A stretch of 32,000 nt of DNA from Pseudidiomarina andamanensis (lineage in GTDB: Bacteria > Pseudomonadota > Gammaproteobacteria > Enterobacterales > Alteromonadaceae), in the NCBI RefSeq assembly GCF_009734345.1, contig NZ_CP032551.1, positions 360,001 through 392,000 on the forward strand. Reading direction: 5' to 3'. Made by a program: the position numbers and the translations under genes. Shown here piece by piece: positions 16,683 through 25,916 of this stretch (the first letter of the stretch is position 1; each line of letters begins with the position of its first letter). The notes under the pieces were generated by a model. The model was not told the DNA's origin. It did not search any database and saw nothing but the letters and a program-made list of their open reading frames with translations.

Positions 16683-17956
16683 GACTCTGGCTCCTCAAGC
16701 GGAAGCGTCTCAGTGTGTATTAGCTTACCTTCGGTGTCGGTAACTTTGATCAATTGACTCGATTCCGAAATGAAAATACCGGTTGGTACATTTGGCTCAG
16801 TAATAACGATTCGGTCGGAGGGCACTTCATCCTCATTACCCACTCGGTACACTTCAATTGTGCACGGGAAATTTTGTTCGCACCACGAAATGTCTACGGG
16901 CTTTAATTCTCGCTCCAAACTTGCCCATTTGGGGCGGTTTAAGCGGTATTCCGTGCGCGGCCAGATCACTGTGATATCGTATTCTGCCGGAGTCGGTGAC
17001 CAAAATGCATCGTCCGCTTCGGTCAGTACAACTGGGTTATTAAAATCATGGTTTTCGATAAGCCAGGTGTAACTTTCGGGCTCGTGTTTTATGTGGCTTC
17101 GTTCGGTAAAGTCGGTTTGATTGACAGTCAGTGGATCAATCTTTATCGCTTCTTTTAAATAATGAGCAAGCCAGCCATCTTCGTTGATATGACTGTATCC
17201 CACATGAATCAGCATTTTGGCATCGGGCTCGCTATTAAATACTTTCTCGCGCAGGTTCTTCACAGCACTACGTTCACGTGCCTCGGTTCCAGTACCAATT
17301 TCTGAACCATAATCATAGGAGATAAGCTGGAATCCAAGCTGACGGGCATAGTGCACTAAACTCGCAAACAGCGGTTCTTTGGTGTAGAAGCCGGCCTTCT
17401 TATGAACATAGTCCTTCGGTATCTCGTTTTCGGCATCAGGCGAAAGCGCTTCTAACGCAAAGTACCGAAAACCTTGATCCCATAATTGCTCTAACAATCG
17501 ATAAGTCAGCACGCGGTGTTGAGGTACGTGGTGCGCCTCGTTGATCATCACAACCTGATAATTTCTCGTTGTTTCAGCGATGGCTACTACTGCGTCACGC
17601 GTTTCCAAATCTTTGACTGCGGGAACTAGTTCATCTGGATTCGGATCATGTTGATCAAATGCGTATAAGGCCTGTTGGTGCTTGCCCATCAATGAATAGG
17701 CGGTACCGCGCTCTTGCAGCAGTAAATCCGAAACAGGTTTATTGTCTTTATACTCAACAGAGAGCGCCTCAAGCGCGACGAGCTGAGCACTCAATGTTTT
17801 GCCATTAGTCGCTTCGTATATTCGACCAAACGCCTTGTTCACTTCCTTTAAGTATTCTTCTTTCGATAATTCTTCTTTAGATGACTCTTCGGCCTGAAGC
17901 GGCGCAACAGTCAGCAGTGTTGAGATGAATATCGCGGTAATATGCAAAATTTTCAT
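16679..17956 (-). CDS. Secreted protein with a helical N-terminal region and a ChaN/Tiki/erythromycin-esterase-superfamily-like domain
   Basis: 425 aa. Signal peptide MKILHITAIFISTLLTVAPLQA. The ordered motifs VVMINEAHHVPQHR, ARERSAVKNL and MLIHVGYSHI resemble the GxxH / R(D/E)xxM / hhhGxxH signature of that superfamily. This is my inference and has not been searched. Confidence 0.4.
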   Translation of the reverse strand: MKILHITAIFISTLLTVAPLQAEESSKEELSKEEYLKEVNKAFGRIYEATNGKTLSAQLVALEALSVEYKDNKPVSDLLLQERGTAYSLMGKHQQALYAFDQHDPNPDELVPAVKDLETRDAVVAIAETTRNYQVVMINEAHHVPQHRVLTYRLLEQLWDQGFRYFALEALSPDAENEIPKDYVHKKAGFYTKEPLFASLVHYARQLGFQLISYDYGSEIGTGTEARERSAVKNLREKVFNSEPDAKMLIHVGYSHINEDGWLAHYLKEAIKIDPLTVNQTDFTERSHIKHEPESYTWLIENHDFNNPVVLTEADDAFWSPTPAEYDITVIWPRTEYRLNRPKWASLERELKPVDISWCEQNFPCTIEVYRVGNEDEVPSDRIVITEPNVPTGIFISESSQLIKVTDTEGKLIHTETLPLEEPES

Positions 17957-18037
17957 AGATTATCTTCCTTGAAGTTTTTATTGTTGTATTTACCTGAGCA
18001 TAGCAGCTTTATAAGAAACAAAAAAAGAGAGTAAAAA

Positions 18038-18475
18038 ATGGATAAATTTATGCAGGCCGCCATTGAGGAAGCCAAGAAAGGAATGGAAGAGGGCGGTGTA
18101 CCGATTGGTTCGGTCATTGTGCACAACGGCAAAATCATCGGTCGTGGGCATAACCGTCGTGTACAAAGCGGTAGCCCGATTTTACACGGGGAAATGGATG
18201 CCTTTGAAAACGCTGGTCGCCAGCCAGCGAAGGTTTACCGCGAGTGCACCATTTATACCACACTATCACCATGTTGCATGTGTTCAGGCGTTATTGAACT
18301 GTACGGTATTCCGCATGTGGTGGTCGGCGAAAACCAAACCTTTATGGGCGCCGAAGAGCGTTTGCGTCAAGCCGGAGTGAAGGTTGAGGTATTACAAGAC
18401 CCAACCTGTATTGAATTAATGAAAACTTTTATTGCCAATAATCCGACGCTTTGGAACGAAGATATAGGCGAATAA
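18038..18475 (+). CDS. Cytosine deaminase of the small CDA-fold FCY1 type
   Basis: 145 aa. Zinc and catalytic motifs HGEMDAF and LSPCCMCSG. Long stretches (GGVPIG, GRGHN, YTTLSPC.MC.G.I..YGIP..VVGEN, and the C-terminal W.EDIGE) parallel yeast Fcy1 as I recall it. Confidence 0.8.
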   Translation: MDKFMQAAIEEAKKGMEEGGVPIGSVIVHNGKIIGRGHNRRVQSGSPILHGEMDAFENAGRQPAKVYRECTIYTTLSPCCMCSGVIELYGIPHVVVGENQTFMGAEERLRQAGVKVEVLQDPTCIELMKTFIANNPTLWNEDIGE

Positions 18476-18476
18476 C

Positions 18477-19073
18477 CTAAACTTGACGGCGGTATTTAGA
18501 GAACCAGAACAACACCAATGCTGCCAGTGCGCCTAATGTGTCTGCTAGCATGTCTTTTTGTGCGTCCCATTCGTCGCCTTGCGAGCCTAAAAACTCGATG
18601 CCAGCGTCACCGCCTTCGATAACGGCAAATTGCCACTCGATAATTTCGTAAGCAGCGGCAACCGACATAATTAAAAATAGCCCGAAGAACATGGCGGTAA
18701 CGGGGCGCGCCCAATTTTTGCGTACCAGCAGTTCGGCAGCCGCATAGGCATAGAAGCCAACGCTAAAGTGCGCGACACGGTCATAGTGGTTGCGTTCAAA
18801 GCCAAAGGTATCGGTAACACAGTCAAACGGCACGTTGGCAAAGGTAAAGTGGGCGCCAATGGTGTGCATAATGAGCAATACGCTCATGAGTACGTAACTG
18901 GTATTGCTGAATTGAAATTTGCGAAAGCTAAGCAACAATCCAGCAAAAATGGCCATAATAGGCACCATTTCGGCCCACCACACGCGCATATCTGCAGGGT
19001 TAATAGATGACCACACCATGGTGGCAACAATCATCAAGGCTAGAATATGAGGAACACGTTGTTGCCAGGCCAT
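18477..19073 (-). CDS. Inner-membrane protein, DUF2238 (YjdF-like)
   Basis: 198 aa and polytopic. HYDRVAHFSVGFY and AAAYEIIEWQFAV fit my memory of DUF2238. Its stop is 1 nt from the convergent deaminase stop. Confidence 0.55.
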   Translation of the reverse strand: MAWQQRVPHILALMIVATMVWSSINPADMRVWWAEMVPIMAIFAGLLLSFRKFQFSNTSYVLMSVLLIMHTIGAHFTFANVPFDCVTDTFGFERNHYDRVAHFSVGFYAYAAAELLVRKNWARPVTAMFFGLFLIMSVAAAYEIIEWQFAVIEGGDAGIEFLGSQGDEWDAQKDMLADTLGALAALVLFWFSKYRRQV

Positions 19074-19099
19074 TGGTTTGTCCTTGTTTTGGTTTTGTT

Positions 19100-20986
19100 C
19101 TAATCGTTGTAGCGACTTATCTGAATGCTTTTGTGCGGTAAGGTTTTAACTAACGGTTCAGAAAGTGCTAACTGTAGAGCTTCTTCGGTTTCAATATGCT
19201 CTATACAAACCCAACAGTCGCGTTGGGTTTCTTTGCCGTAGTATAAAGCGGCATCGGCTAACTGAACCAGAGTTTGCCATGTTGTGTTAATTGATTGCGT
19301 ATTAAACGGAAAAATAATACCACCAATGGTGCAAGTTAGTGTTATTTTCTCGGTTTCATTGACAGCAAACGGCGTGCTTATTACTGCTAGGCGAATGCGA
19401 TTGGCTATATCCTGATAGGCCGTATTTTTGTCAACGCGACTAACGACCACAAATTCTTCGCCACCCCAACGCACGAGCACATCGGTTTCGCGTATTGCCG
19501 ACTCAACACGGCGGCTGAATTCGCACAGTACCTTATCGCCAACATCATGGCCGTAGGTGTCATTAAGCGATTTGAAATGGTCAATATCAAGTACAAAAAT
19601 AGCTAACTTGTAAGGGTTGTTTTCTTCTATAGCACGCTTTACTAACTTTAATTCACGGCCAATTTGCTGCTCAAAGTAACGCCGATTATAAAGCCCTGTT
19701 AATGCGTCATGCACACTCATTTGTTCAAATTGTTGCGCTAATTTTCGGTTTTTCTCTAAGCGCAAAGCAAACAGTAATACGGCCATAACTAATATCACGG
19801 TAATAGCAAACGTGAGTGTTACTTGGCTTTCGTGTTTTTCTTGTTCTGCTAGCTTGAGGGCTTTTTCGTTTTCAATTAATTGCGATTTTAAACGCGACTC
19901 TTGCGTTAGGCGGTTCAACTCAGCGTTTGAAGCGGCAATGGTTGAGCTCTGCTTAAGGCTGTTCTCAAGTTTATTAACAAATAATTTATGTAAGCCATCT
20001 AGGCCTATTATGCGAATATTGTCGTCGGCATGTTGCGCAATACGCTTATATAAATCTAGTTTCACTTCAACTGGAGTTTTGGTCGATAACCTTTCGCAAT
20101 TGGGTAAGCCACTAATCTCGCCCCAATTTAGTAGTAACCAGTCGCGATAGCAGTCGAGGTATTGGGTATCAACTTCGCTACTGTGCGGGGCTGCATCAGC
20201 TTGCTGAAGGTAGCTGCGCGCGAGCTCTGGTTGTTGTGTTTTGTGCGCAGCTAGCGCCGAAAAAATGAGTGTAGACTTACGCAGATCAATTCGGTTGATA
20301 TCAACTTTTTCAAACCACGCTAAGGCTTCGTCATATTTATGAACATGAAAGGCGTTGGCAACCCCTAAGTTGAAGTGGGTTAACGTAATGGCGCGATCGG
20401 CATAAGCCACATCTTCAGGGTGTGATTGTTTTCGCTCTTTAAAGCGTTCAATAGTTTCTTTATGAAGCTGAATGCCCTTTGCTACATAGTCAGCATCGCC
20501 GTACATGATATAAAGCGTGGCAGTATTCAACATCAAGTTATTGAGTACAAAAAAGTCAATCTTATCGCCGAATTCGAGCCCTTGTTCGTAGGCAGCGAAT
20601 GCAGCGCTGATGTTACCTATGCTCGCTTGTGCCCAGCCTATCGACGATAGCATACGCGCGGCATCATTAATGCGATCGGCTTCAAGCGCGTCGGCATAGA
20701 ACTGATACATTAATTCGATGGTTGTCTCATCGACATCTAACAATGATTCGACGCAAATAAAGCGGTAATCAAAGTCATCAGGCTTGGGCGGAGTTTCGCG
20801 ACAAATTTCTTGCGCTTGAGCGTTATTGAAATCGCTGTAGTATTGATTAGCAAGTATACGCTGCTGTTGGTAATGCGCGTCGTCTGCTTGGGGTTGGGCA
20901 GTGCTCGGCGCCCCTAAAAAAGCACCGAACAAAACGATGGAAAGTGTCAGATAGCGAATAGTATTGAGTCGTTTCCATCGGTACAT
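19100..20986 (-). CDS. Diguanylate cyclase (GGDEF) with a periplasmic TPR-like sensor region, coiled coil and TM helix
   Basis: 628 aa. It has a signal/anchor, a TM helix (VTLTFAITVILVMAVLLFAL), the active site RWGGEEFVVV and an I-site, RETD, five residues upstream. Confidence 0.88.
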   Translation of the reverse strand: MYRWKRLNTIRYLTLSIVLFGAFLGAPSTAQPQADDAHYQQQRILANQYYSDFNNAQAQEICRETPPKPDDFDYRFICVESLLDVDETTIELMYQFYADALEADRINDAARMLSSIGWAQASIGNISAAFAAYEQGLEFGDKIDFFVLNNLMLNTATLYIMYGDADYVAKGIQLHKETIERFKERKQSHPEDVAYADRAITLTHFNLGVANAFHVHKYDEALAWFEKVDINRIDLRKSTLIFSALAAHKTQQPELARSYLQQADAAPHSSEVDTQYLDCYRDWLLLNWGEISGLPNCERLSTKTPVEVKLDLYKRIAQHADDNIRIIGLDGLHKLFVNKLENSLKQSSTIAASNAELNRLTQESRLKSQLIENEKALKLAEQEKHESQVTLTFAITVILVMAVLLFALRLEKNRKLAQQFEQMSVHDALTGLYNRRYFEQQIGRELKLVKRAIEENNPYKLAIFVLDIDHFKSLNDTYGHDVGDKVLCEFSRRVESAIRETDVLVRWGGEEFVVVSRVDKNTAYQDIANRIRLAVISTPFAVNETEKITLTCTIGGIIFPFNTQSINTTWQTLVQLADAALYYGKETQRDCWVCIEHIETEEALQLALSEPLVKTLPHKSIQISRYND

Positions 20987-21012
20987 CGAACACCTTATTT
21001 ATTACATTATTA

Positions 21013-21714
21013 TTATAGATGGACCTTTAGTAACAAATTTACATTGCGTTCGTCAACATTTGGAATGCCGAATTTGTTATTCCAATGAGCGTATTCAACA
21101 CCCACATATAGGCGGTTGTCATAACCGATCATAGGGCCGATGTTGTACTTGAGCTGTGAGGTAAAGTTCATTTCGGCGGCATGACCTTCGCTGGCTGAAG
21201 ACCAGTCGATAAATCCGTCGTAGTAGAAGTTTTCGGCAAAAGGCACGCCCCAAACGGCGGTGAGCTGATAGTTACTTTCGTAAAACTCGTTGCTACGGCG
21301 GTATGCATTGAGCTGTAAGTAATCAAAACCGGTTACATTCAGATCAGTACCCACGCCCACTAAGTAGTTATCGAAACCTTGACCCACTTCCCAGGTAGTT
21401 GCAACGTAAGCTGCTTTTACCAAGCTGTCTTCGGCAAAGTCGTATACTTTGAAGCGCGGTGAAATTTCAGCGTAGGTTTCGGTGAAACCGTCGTCTGACT
21501 TCAAGCGGTCAACAAATAAGAACGAGTCGCCCCAGCTATAGCCGCCAGCATGCTCAAAGGTAAAGACTTGACGGTCGCTGTCACCAACTTCGTAGTTGGA
21601 GCCATTCAAGTAGGTGGCGCTGATGTCTTGCCAGAAGATTTCTGCGTTAGCGGTTGCGGAAAATAGGAGGCTGCCAGCAATAGCGGCATTCAGTAATGTC
21701 TTGTTCATTGTCAT
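21013..21714 (-). CDS. Outer-membrane channel of the Tsx/OmpK family
   Basis: 233 aa. Signal peptide ...SATANA, blocks parallel to Vibrio OmpK (FTFEHAGGYSWGDSFLFVD, EISPRFKV, AYVATTWEV) and an aromatic/hydrophobic C-terminus (LLLKVHL). The start could instead be ATG 21708. Confidence 0.65.
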   Translation of the reverse strand: MTMNKTLLNAAIAGSLLFSATANAEIFWQDISATYLNGSNYEVGDSDRQVFTFEHAGGYSWGDSFLFVDRLKSDDGFTETYAEISPRFKVYDFAEDSLVKAAYVATTWEVGQGFDNYLVGVGTDLNVTGFDYLQLNAYRRSNEFYESNYQLTAVWGVPFAENFYYDGFIDWSSASEGHAAEMNFTSQLKYNIGPMIGYDNRLYVGVEYAHWNNKFGIPNVDERNVNLLLKVHL

Positions 21715-21725
21715 CTCGTAAAGGT

Positions 21726-21815
21726 CGTTATTAGTTACTCGTTATTCGTTACTCGTGATTAAAGAAAGTTTGATAGTCGGTTTTTCGAATAACCAATAAC
21801 GAATAACGAACAACG
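21726..21815. repeat. Inverted pair of 7-bp tandem arrays (about TCGTTAT x4-5 per arm) between rnt and the porin gene
   Basis: Left arm 21726-21755 is CGTTAT TAGTTAC TCGTTAT TCGTTAC TCG. Right arm 21786-21815 is CGAATAA CCAATAA CGAATAA CGAACAA CG. The arms are complementary at about 25/30 positions around a 30-nt spacer. Confidence 0.7.
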
Positions 21816-21816
21816 A

Positions 21817-22449
21817 TTATTTCAAAGGCCAGCCGCCGAGGGCTTGGTAGCGATTCACCATAAAACAAAACAGCTCAGCCGTACGCTCTGTATCGTATAC
21901 CGCCGAGTGTGCTTGCTTATTGTCAAACTCAATGCCTGCCGCTTGGCAGGCTTTAATCAACACGGTTTGGCCTAAGAACACGGCGGCGAGGGCTGCGGTG
22001 TCGAAGGTAACAAACGGATGAAAAGGGTTTCGTTTTAAATTCGCGCGCTCTGCGGCAGCCATGACGAAGCCATGATCAAAAGTGGCGTTATGGCCAACTA
22101 AGATGGAACGTTGGCAACCGGCGTCTTTTTGCGCTTTGCGAATCGGTTTAAACATGTCTTTGAGGGCGCCGGCTTCATCCACGGCTCCGCGCAATGGCGA
22201 GTGGGGATCAATGCCGTTAAAGTCAATGGCGGCTTGCTCAATGTTCGCGCCTTCAAAGGGCTCAATGTGGTAATGCAAGGTTTGGTCGGGCACCAATAAG
22301 CCGTCGTCATTGAATTTTAACGTGACAGCGGCTATTTCCAATAGCGCATCGGTTTTGGCGTTGAAACCAGCGGTTTCAACGTCAATCACCACCGGCATGT
22401 AGCCGCGAAAGCGCTTTTGCATTAACGCATTGGCGTTGTCGTTACTCAT
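21817..22449 (-). CDS. rnt: Ribonuclease T
   Basis: 210 aa. It carries the DEDDh exonuclease motifs ([27 protein letters not shown]) and the RNase T N-terminus RFRGYMPVV. Confidence 0.92.
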   Translation of the reverse strand: MSNDNANALMQKRFRGYMPVVIDVETAGFNAKTDALLEIAAVTLKFNDDGLLVPDQTLHYHIEPFEGANIEQAAIDFNGIDPHSPLRGAVDEAGALKDMFKPIRKAQKDAGCQRSILVGHNATFDHGFVMAAAERANLKRNPFHPFVTFDTAALAAVFLGQTVLIKACQAAGIEFDNKQAHSAVYDTERTAELFCFMVNRYQALGGWPLK

Positions 22450-22850
22450 AAATCCCCAGGATTCTTGGCACTGCGTTCAATCAATTCAATGGCGTAGCCA
22501 TCCGGGTCGCGAACGAATGCGATAATGGTTTTGCCGCCTTTAACTGGGCCTGGCTCGCGGTAAACATCGGCGCCAGCTTCTTTCAATTTGTCACAGGTGG
22601 CATAAATATCTTCAACACCGATAGCAATGTGGCCGAATGCGCCGCCATGCTCGTATTCACTGACACCCCAGTTGTAGGTGAGCTCTAATACGCTGTGGTC
22701 GGCCTCGTCACCGTAACCGACAAACGCTAACGAATATTTGTATTCTTCGTTGTCGGCGGTACGGAGCAATTTCATGCCTAAGGCTTTGGTGTAAAAATCG
22801 ATTGAGCGCTGCATATCGCCAACGCGTAACATGGTATGTAATAAACGCAT
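22446..22850 (-). CDS. gloA: Lactoylglutathione lyase (glyoxalase I)
   Basis: 134 aa. [21 protein letters not shown]...ELTYNWG...GHIAIGV...[16 protein letters not shown] closely resembles E. coli GloA. It overlaps the rnt start by 4 nt. Confidence 0.93.
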   Translation of the reverse strand: MRLLHTMLRVGDMQRSIDFYTKALGMKLLRTADNEEYKYSLAFVGYGDEADHSVLELTYNWGVSEYEHGGAFGHIAIGVEDIYATCDKLKEAGADVYREPGPVKGGKTIIAFVRDPDGYAIELIERSAKNPGDL

Positions 22851-22859
22851 GTGATGCTC

Positions 22860-23498
22860 CTAGTCGTCCGAGGTTTTGTCTTTAAATTCGCATAAATCTT
22901 CAATAATACAGCTGCCGCAGCGTGGTTTGCGTGCAATGCACGTGTAACGACCGTGCAAGATGAACCAGTGGTGTGCATCTACTTTAAATTCGGTCGGAAT
23001 CACTTTCTCTAAACGGTCTTCTACCGCGCGTACGGTTTTGCCAGGGGCAAATTTGGTGCGATTTGAAACGCGGAAAATATGCGTATCCACGGCAATTGTT
23101 GGCCAACCAAAGGCAGTATTTAATACGACGTTGGCCGTTTTCCGACCGACCCCCGGCAGTGCTTCAAGGGCTGCGCGATCTTCAGGTACGTCACCATTGT
23201 AGTGATTTACTAGAATTTCGCAGGTTTTGATGACATTTTCAGCTTTCGCGTTGAAAAGGCCGATGGTTTTGATGTGTTCTTTGACGCCATCTACGCCTAA
23301 ATCCAACATTGCCTGCGGTGTTGGGGCGGCGGGAAATAGTTTACGTGTCGCTTTGTTCACGCCAACATCGGTCGCTTGTGCTGAGAGTAAGACAGCAATC
23401 AGCAACTCAAAAGTTGAGTTGTACTCCAACTCTGTGGTTGGGTTAGGATTATTGGCGCGTAGGCGCTCTAATATTTCAACGCGTTTTTGTTTATTCAT
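22860..23498 (-). CDS. nth: Endonuclease III
   Basis: 212 aa. HhH-GPD region (LPGVGRKTANVVL), catalytic VDTH and a C-terminal 4Fe-4S cluster, CIARKPRCGSCIIEDLC. It sits immediately downstream of rnfE, as in E. coli rsx-nth. Confidence 0.95.
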   Translation of the reverse strand: MNKQKRVEILERLRANNPNPTTELEYNSTFELLIAVLLSAQATDVGVNKATRKLFPAAPTPQAMLDLGVDGVKEHIKTIGLFNAKAENVIKTCEILVNHYNGDVPEDRAALEALPGVGRKTANVVLNTAFGWPTIAVDTHIFRVSNRTKFAPGKTVRAVEDRLEKVIPTEFKVDAHHWFILHGRYTCIARKPRCGSCIIEDLCEFKDKTSDD

Positions 23499-23503
23499 AG
23501 CTC

Positions 23504-24217
23504 TTATTGTGACGTCACTCGAGCACGAGTCACCTGTTTCTCTGGTTTCTCCGCATGGGCGGCACGATAATGATCAATCCAATTTTTGCCAGCGATAATG
23601 AAGCCCATCACAATGAAGGCTCCGGGTGGCAATATGGCAAGCAGCAGCGGGTAATCCACGCTAAACAACTCAACCCGTAGGTCAGCCGCCCATTCGCCAA
23701 GTAATAAGTTCGCACCATCAAACAGCGTGCCATTACCTAGAACCTCACGAATACCGCCGAGCAATACCAATACCAAGGTAAAACCAAGGCCCATCATCAA
23801 ACCATCAAATGCAGCGTGATGCCATGGGTTTTTCGAGGCGTAGGCTTCAGCGCGGCCAATAATGGCGCAGTTGGTGACAATCAACGGAATGAAAATACCC
23901 AGTGCTTGGTATAGACCGTATACGTATGCATTCATCAGTAACTGGATGACGGTTACAAAGGTTGCGATAACCATCACAAATACGGGAATACGTATTTCCT
24001 TTGGTACAAATTCGCGTACCAAACTGACGGTAATGTTCGAACCAACAAGCACTAAAAGCGTGGCTAAACCAAGACCAAGTGCGTTGGTTACAGTCGCGGT
24101 AACCGCCAACAGTGGGCATAGCCCTAATAATTGCACCAAGGCGGGGTTATTGTTCCATAAACCTTGCCAAGTGAGTTCTTTGTAGGTGTTGGTGTTCACG
24201 TTCACGTCGTTGCTCAT
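23504..24217 (-). CDS. rnfE: Rnf/Rsx electron-transport complex subunit E
   Basis: 237-aa polytopic protein with LGLCP, typical of RnfE/NqrD-like subunits. Its position in the operon fits. Confidence 0.92.
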   Translation of the reverse strand: MSNDVNVNTNTYKELTWQGLWNNNPALVQLLGLCPLLAVTATVTNALGLGLATLLVLVGSNITVSLVREFVPKEIRIPVFVMVIATFVTVIQLLMNAYVYGLYQALGIFIPLIVTNCAIIGRAEAYASKNPWHHAAFDGLMMGLGFTLVLVLLGGIREVLGNGTLFDGANLLLGEWAADLRVELFSVDYPLLLAILPPGAFIVMGFIIAGKNWIDHYRAAHAEKPEKQVTRARVTSQ

Positions 24218-24861
24218 GATTGTGCTCCTGAGCTTTCGCCATAACAGTTTGCGGGTGCGCTAAACCATTGCTGTTGGTTGTTTTCAAATACCAATGCCGC
24301 ACGTTTCACCGCTTGAACTACCGCCCGTGGCGTGATGGTTGCGCCGGTGAATTGATCAAACATGCCACCGTCGCGCTTCACGGCCCAACGCGGGTCGTCT
24401 TCGCCATTCACGCGCTGGCCATTAAAGCTGGTGATCCAATCGTTTTTGCGAATTTCGATTTTGTCACCAAGGCCGGGTGTTTCTTGGTGTTGCAGTGTGC
24501 GCACACCGGCAATTGATGCGTCAGCGTTCAGTGCCACTAACAAATGAATGGCACCGCTGTAACCATTGGGCGCCGTCACTTCAACAGCAACCGCTGTTGG
24601 CTCATTGTTCACATAAGCGCGGTAAACCCGACGCGGCGCTGAGCCAAGATCAGGATGACGAATAACCGTACAGCTTTGATATAAATCGTTGTCGTGCTGG
24701 TCAGCGGGAATGATTTGATTCAATACCCGCAGTAATTCTTGCTCTTGCTGACGTGAAATCGGCTCTTTGGTGACGAGCGAGGTCATGATCACCAAGAATG
24801 TCGCGACAATGGCAAAGCCTGCCAAAATAAGTCCGTTGCGTCCCATACTTTTAAAAATCAT
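24214..24861 (-). CDS. rnfG: Rnf/Rsx complex subunit G
   Basis: 215 aa. N-terminal anchor, ETPGLG and an FMN-attachment-like [11 protein letters not shown]. It has 4-nt overlaps with both neighbours. Confidence 0.9.
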   Translation of the reverse strand: MIFKSMGRNGLILAGFAIVATFLVIMTSLVTKEPISRQQEQELLRVLNQIIPADQHDNDLYQSCTVIRHPDLGSAPRRVYRAYVNNEPTAVAVEVTAPNGYSGAIHLLVALNADASIAGVRTLQHQETPGLGDKIEIRKNDWITSFNGQRVNGEDDPRWAVKRDGGMFDQFTGATITPRAVVQAVKRAALVFENNQQQWFSAPANCYGESSGAQS

Positions 24862-25916
24862 GAGCGACCTCCGTGACCGTAAGCAATCGGCTGAGTGTAT
24901 TTATCAATCACTGGCACGGTCATATTTGCCAACAACACAGCAAACGCAACGGCGTCAGGGTAGCCACCCCAAGTACGAATAACGAATACCAAGAAGCCAA
25001 CCAACAAGCCGAATACCCAACGACCTTTATTTGAGGTTGCGGCAGTCACCGGATCGGTCGCAATAAAGAACGCACCAAGCATGGTGGCGCCACTTAATGC
25101 GTGCAACATTGGCGTGATTGCTTGGTCTGGATTAAATAGCCAGTAAATAGCGGCTGGAACCAATAGGCCAACGAGCATGCCGCCAGGAATGTGCCAGCTA
25201 ATAATCTTTTGTTTGATGAGAACGAGGCCACCGAGCAAAAAGGCTATGTTCACCCATGCCCAGCCAATACCGGCAAAGTCATCAAAAATTGGTTTACTGA
25301 GGGCCTCGCCCAGCGTCAACTGGTGATTCAAATCATTGCGAAGGCTATCGAGTGGTGTGGCCATGGTTATGCCGTCAGCACCCATACGTAGTTGCTCAAG
25401 GTTATAACCGGCTTGGGTGAAGCCACTGAAAATCAGGCTCACCGTATCGCTTATTGAAACCTGTAACTGCGCAAGTTCATTCGGTATTGGCCAACTAGTC
25501 ATTTGTACCGGGAATGAAATAAGCAGCAATACATAACCAGCCATTGCTGGATTAAACAGGTTTTGTCCCACACCGCCATACACGTGCTTCACCACAATGA
25601 TAGCGAATGCGGTACCCATGACAATAATCCACCACGGGGCAAGGGCAGGGATACTAATCGCGAGTAATACTGCGGTGACGATGGCCGTGTGATCTTGCCA
25701 TGCATGCGCAACCGGCCGGCCACGTAAACGCATGGCGAGCCCTTCAGCAACCCATGCGGTCAACAACGCCAAAGCGAGTTGCACATAAACGCCAAACCCG
25801 AAGAAATAGGTTTGTACCAGAACCCCAGGAATTAACGCCAGATACACCCAGCGCATCACTTGCTGCGTGGTTCGGCGCTGGTGCGCGTGGGGTGAGGCCG
25901 CTATTTTAAAGGTCAT
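24858..25916 (-). CDS. rnfD: Rnf/Rsx complex subunit D
   Basis: 352-aa polytopic protein, NqrB-like (MATPLD, SGATMLGAFFIATDPVT). Confidence 0.92.
   Translation of the reverse strand: MTFKIAASPHAHQRRTTQQVMRWVYLALIPGVLVQTYFFGFGVYVQLALALLTAWVAEGLAMRLRGRPVAHAWQDHTAIVTAVLLAISIPALAPWWIIVMGTAFAIIVVKHVYGGVGQNLFNPAMAGYVLLLISFPVQMTSWPIPNELAQLQVSISDTVSLIFSGFTQAGYNLEQLRMGADGITMATPLDSLRNDLNHQLTLGEALSKPIFDDFAGIGWAWVNIAFLLGGLVLIKQKIISWHIPGGMLVGLLVPAAIYWLFNPDQAITPMLHALSGATMLGAFFIATDPVTAATSNKGRWVFGLLVGFLVFVIRTWGGYPDAVAFAVLLANMTVPVIDKYTQPIAYGHGGRS

Noticed and set aside
21726-21815. The heptamer arrays as a CRISPR array or VNTR.
   Set aside because: The units are only 7 bp with no spacers, the arrays are short (4-5 units), and they are arranged as an inverted pair. 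This is not CRISPR architecture, and no cas genes are present in the window.
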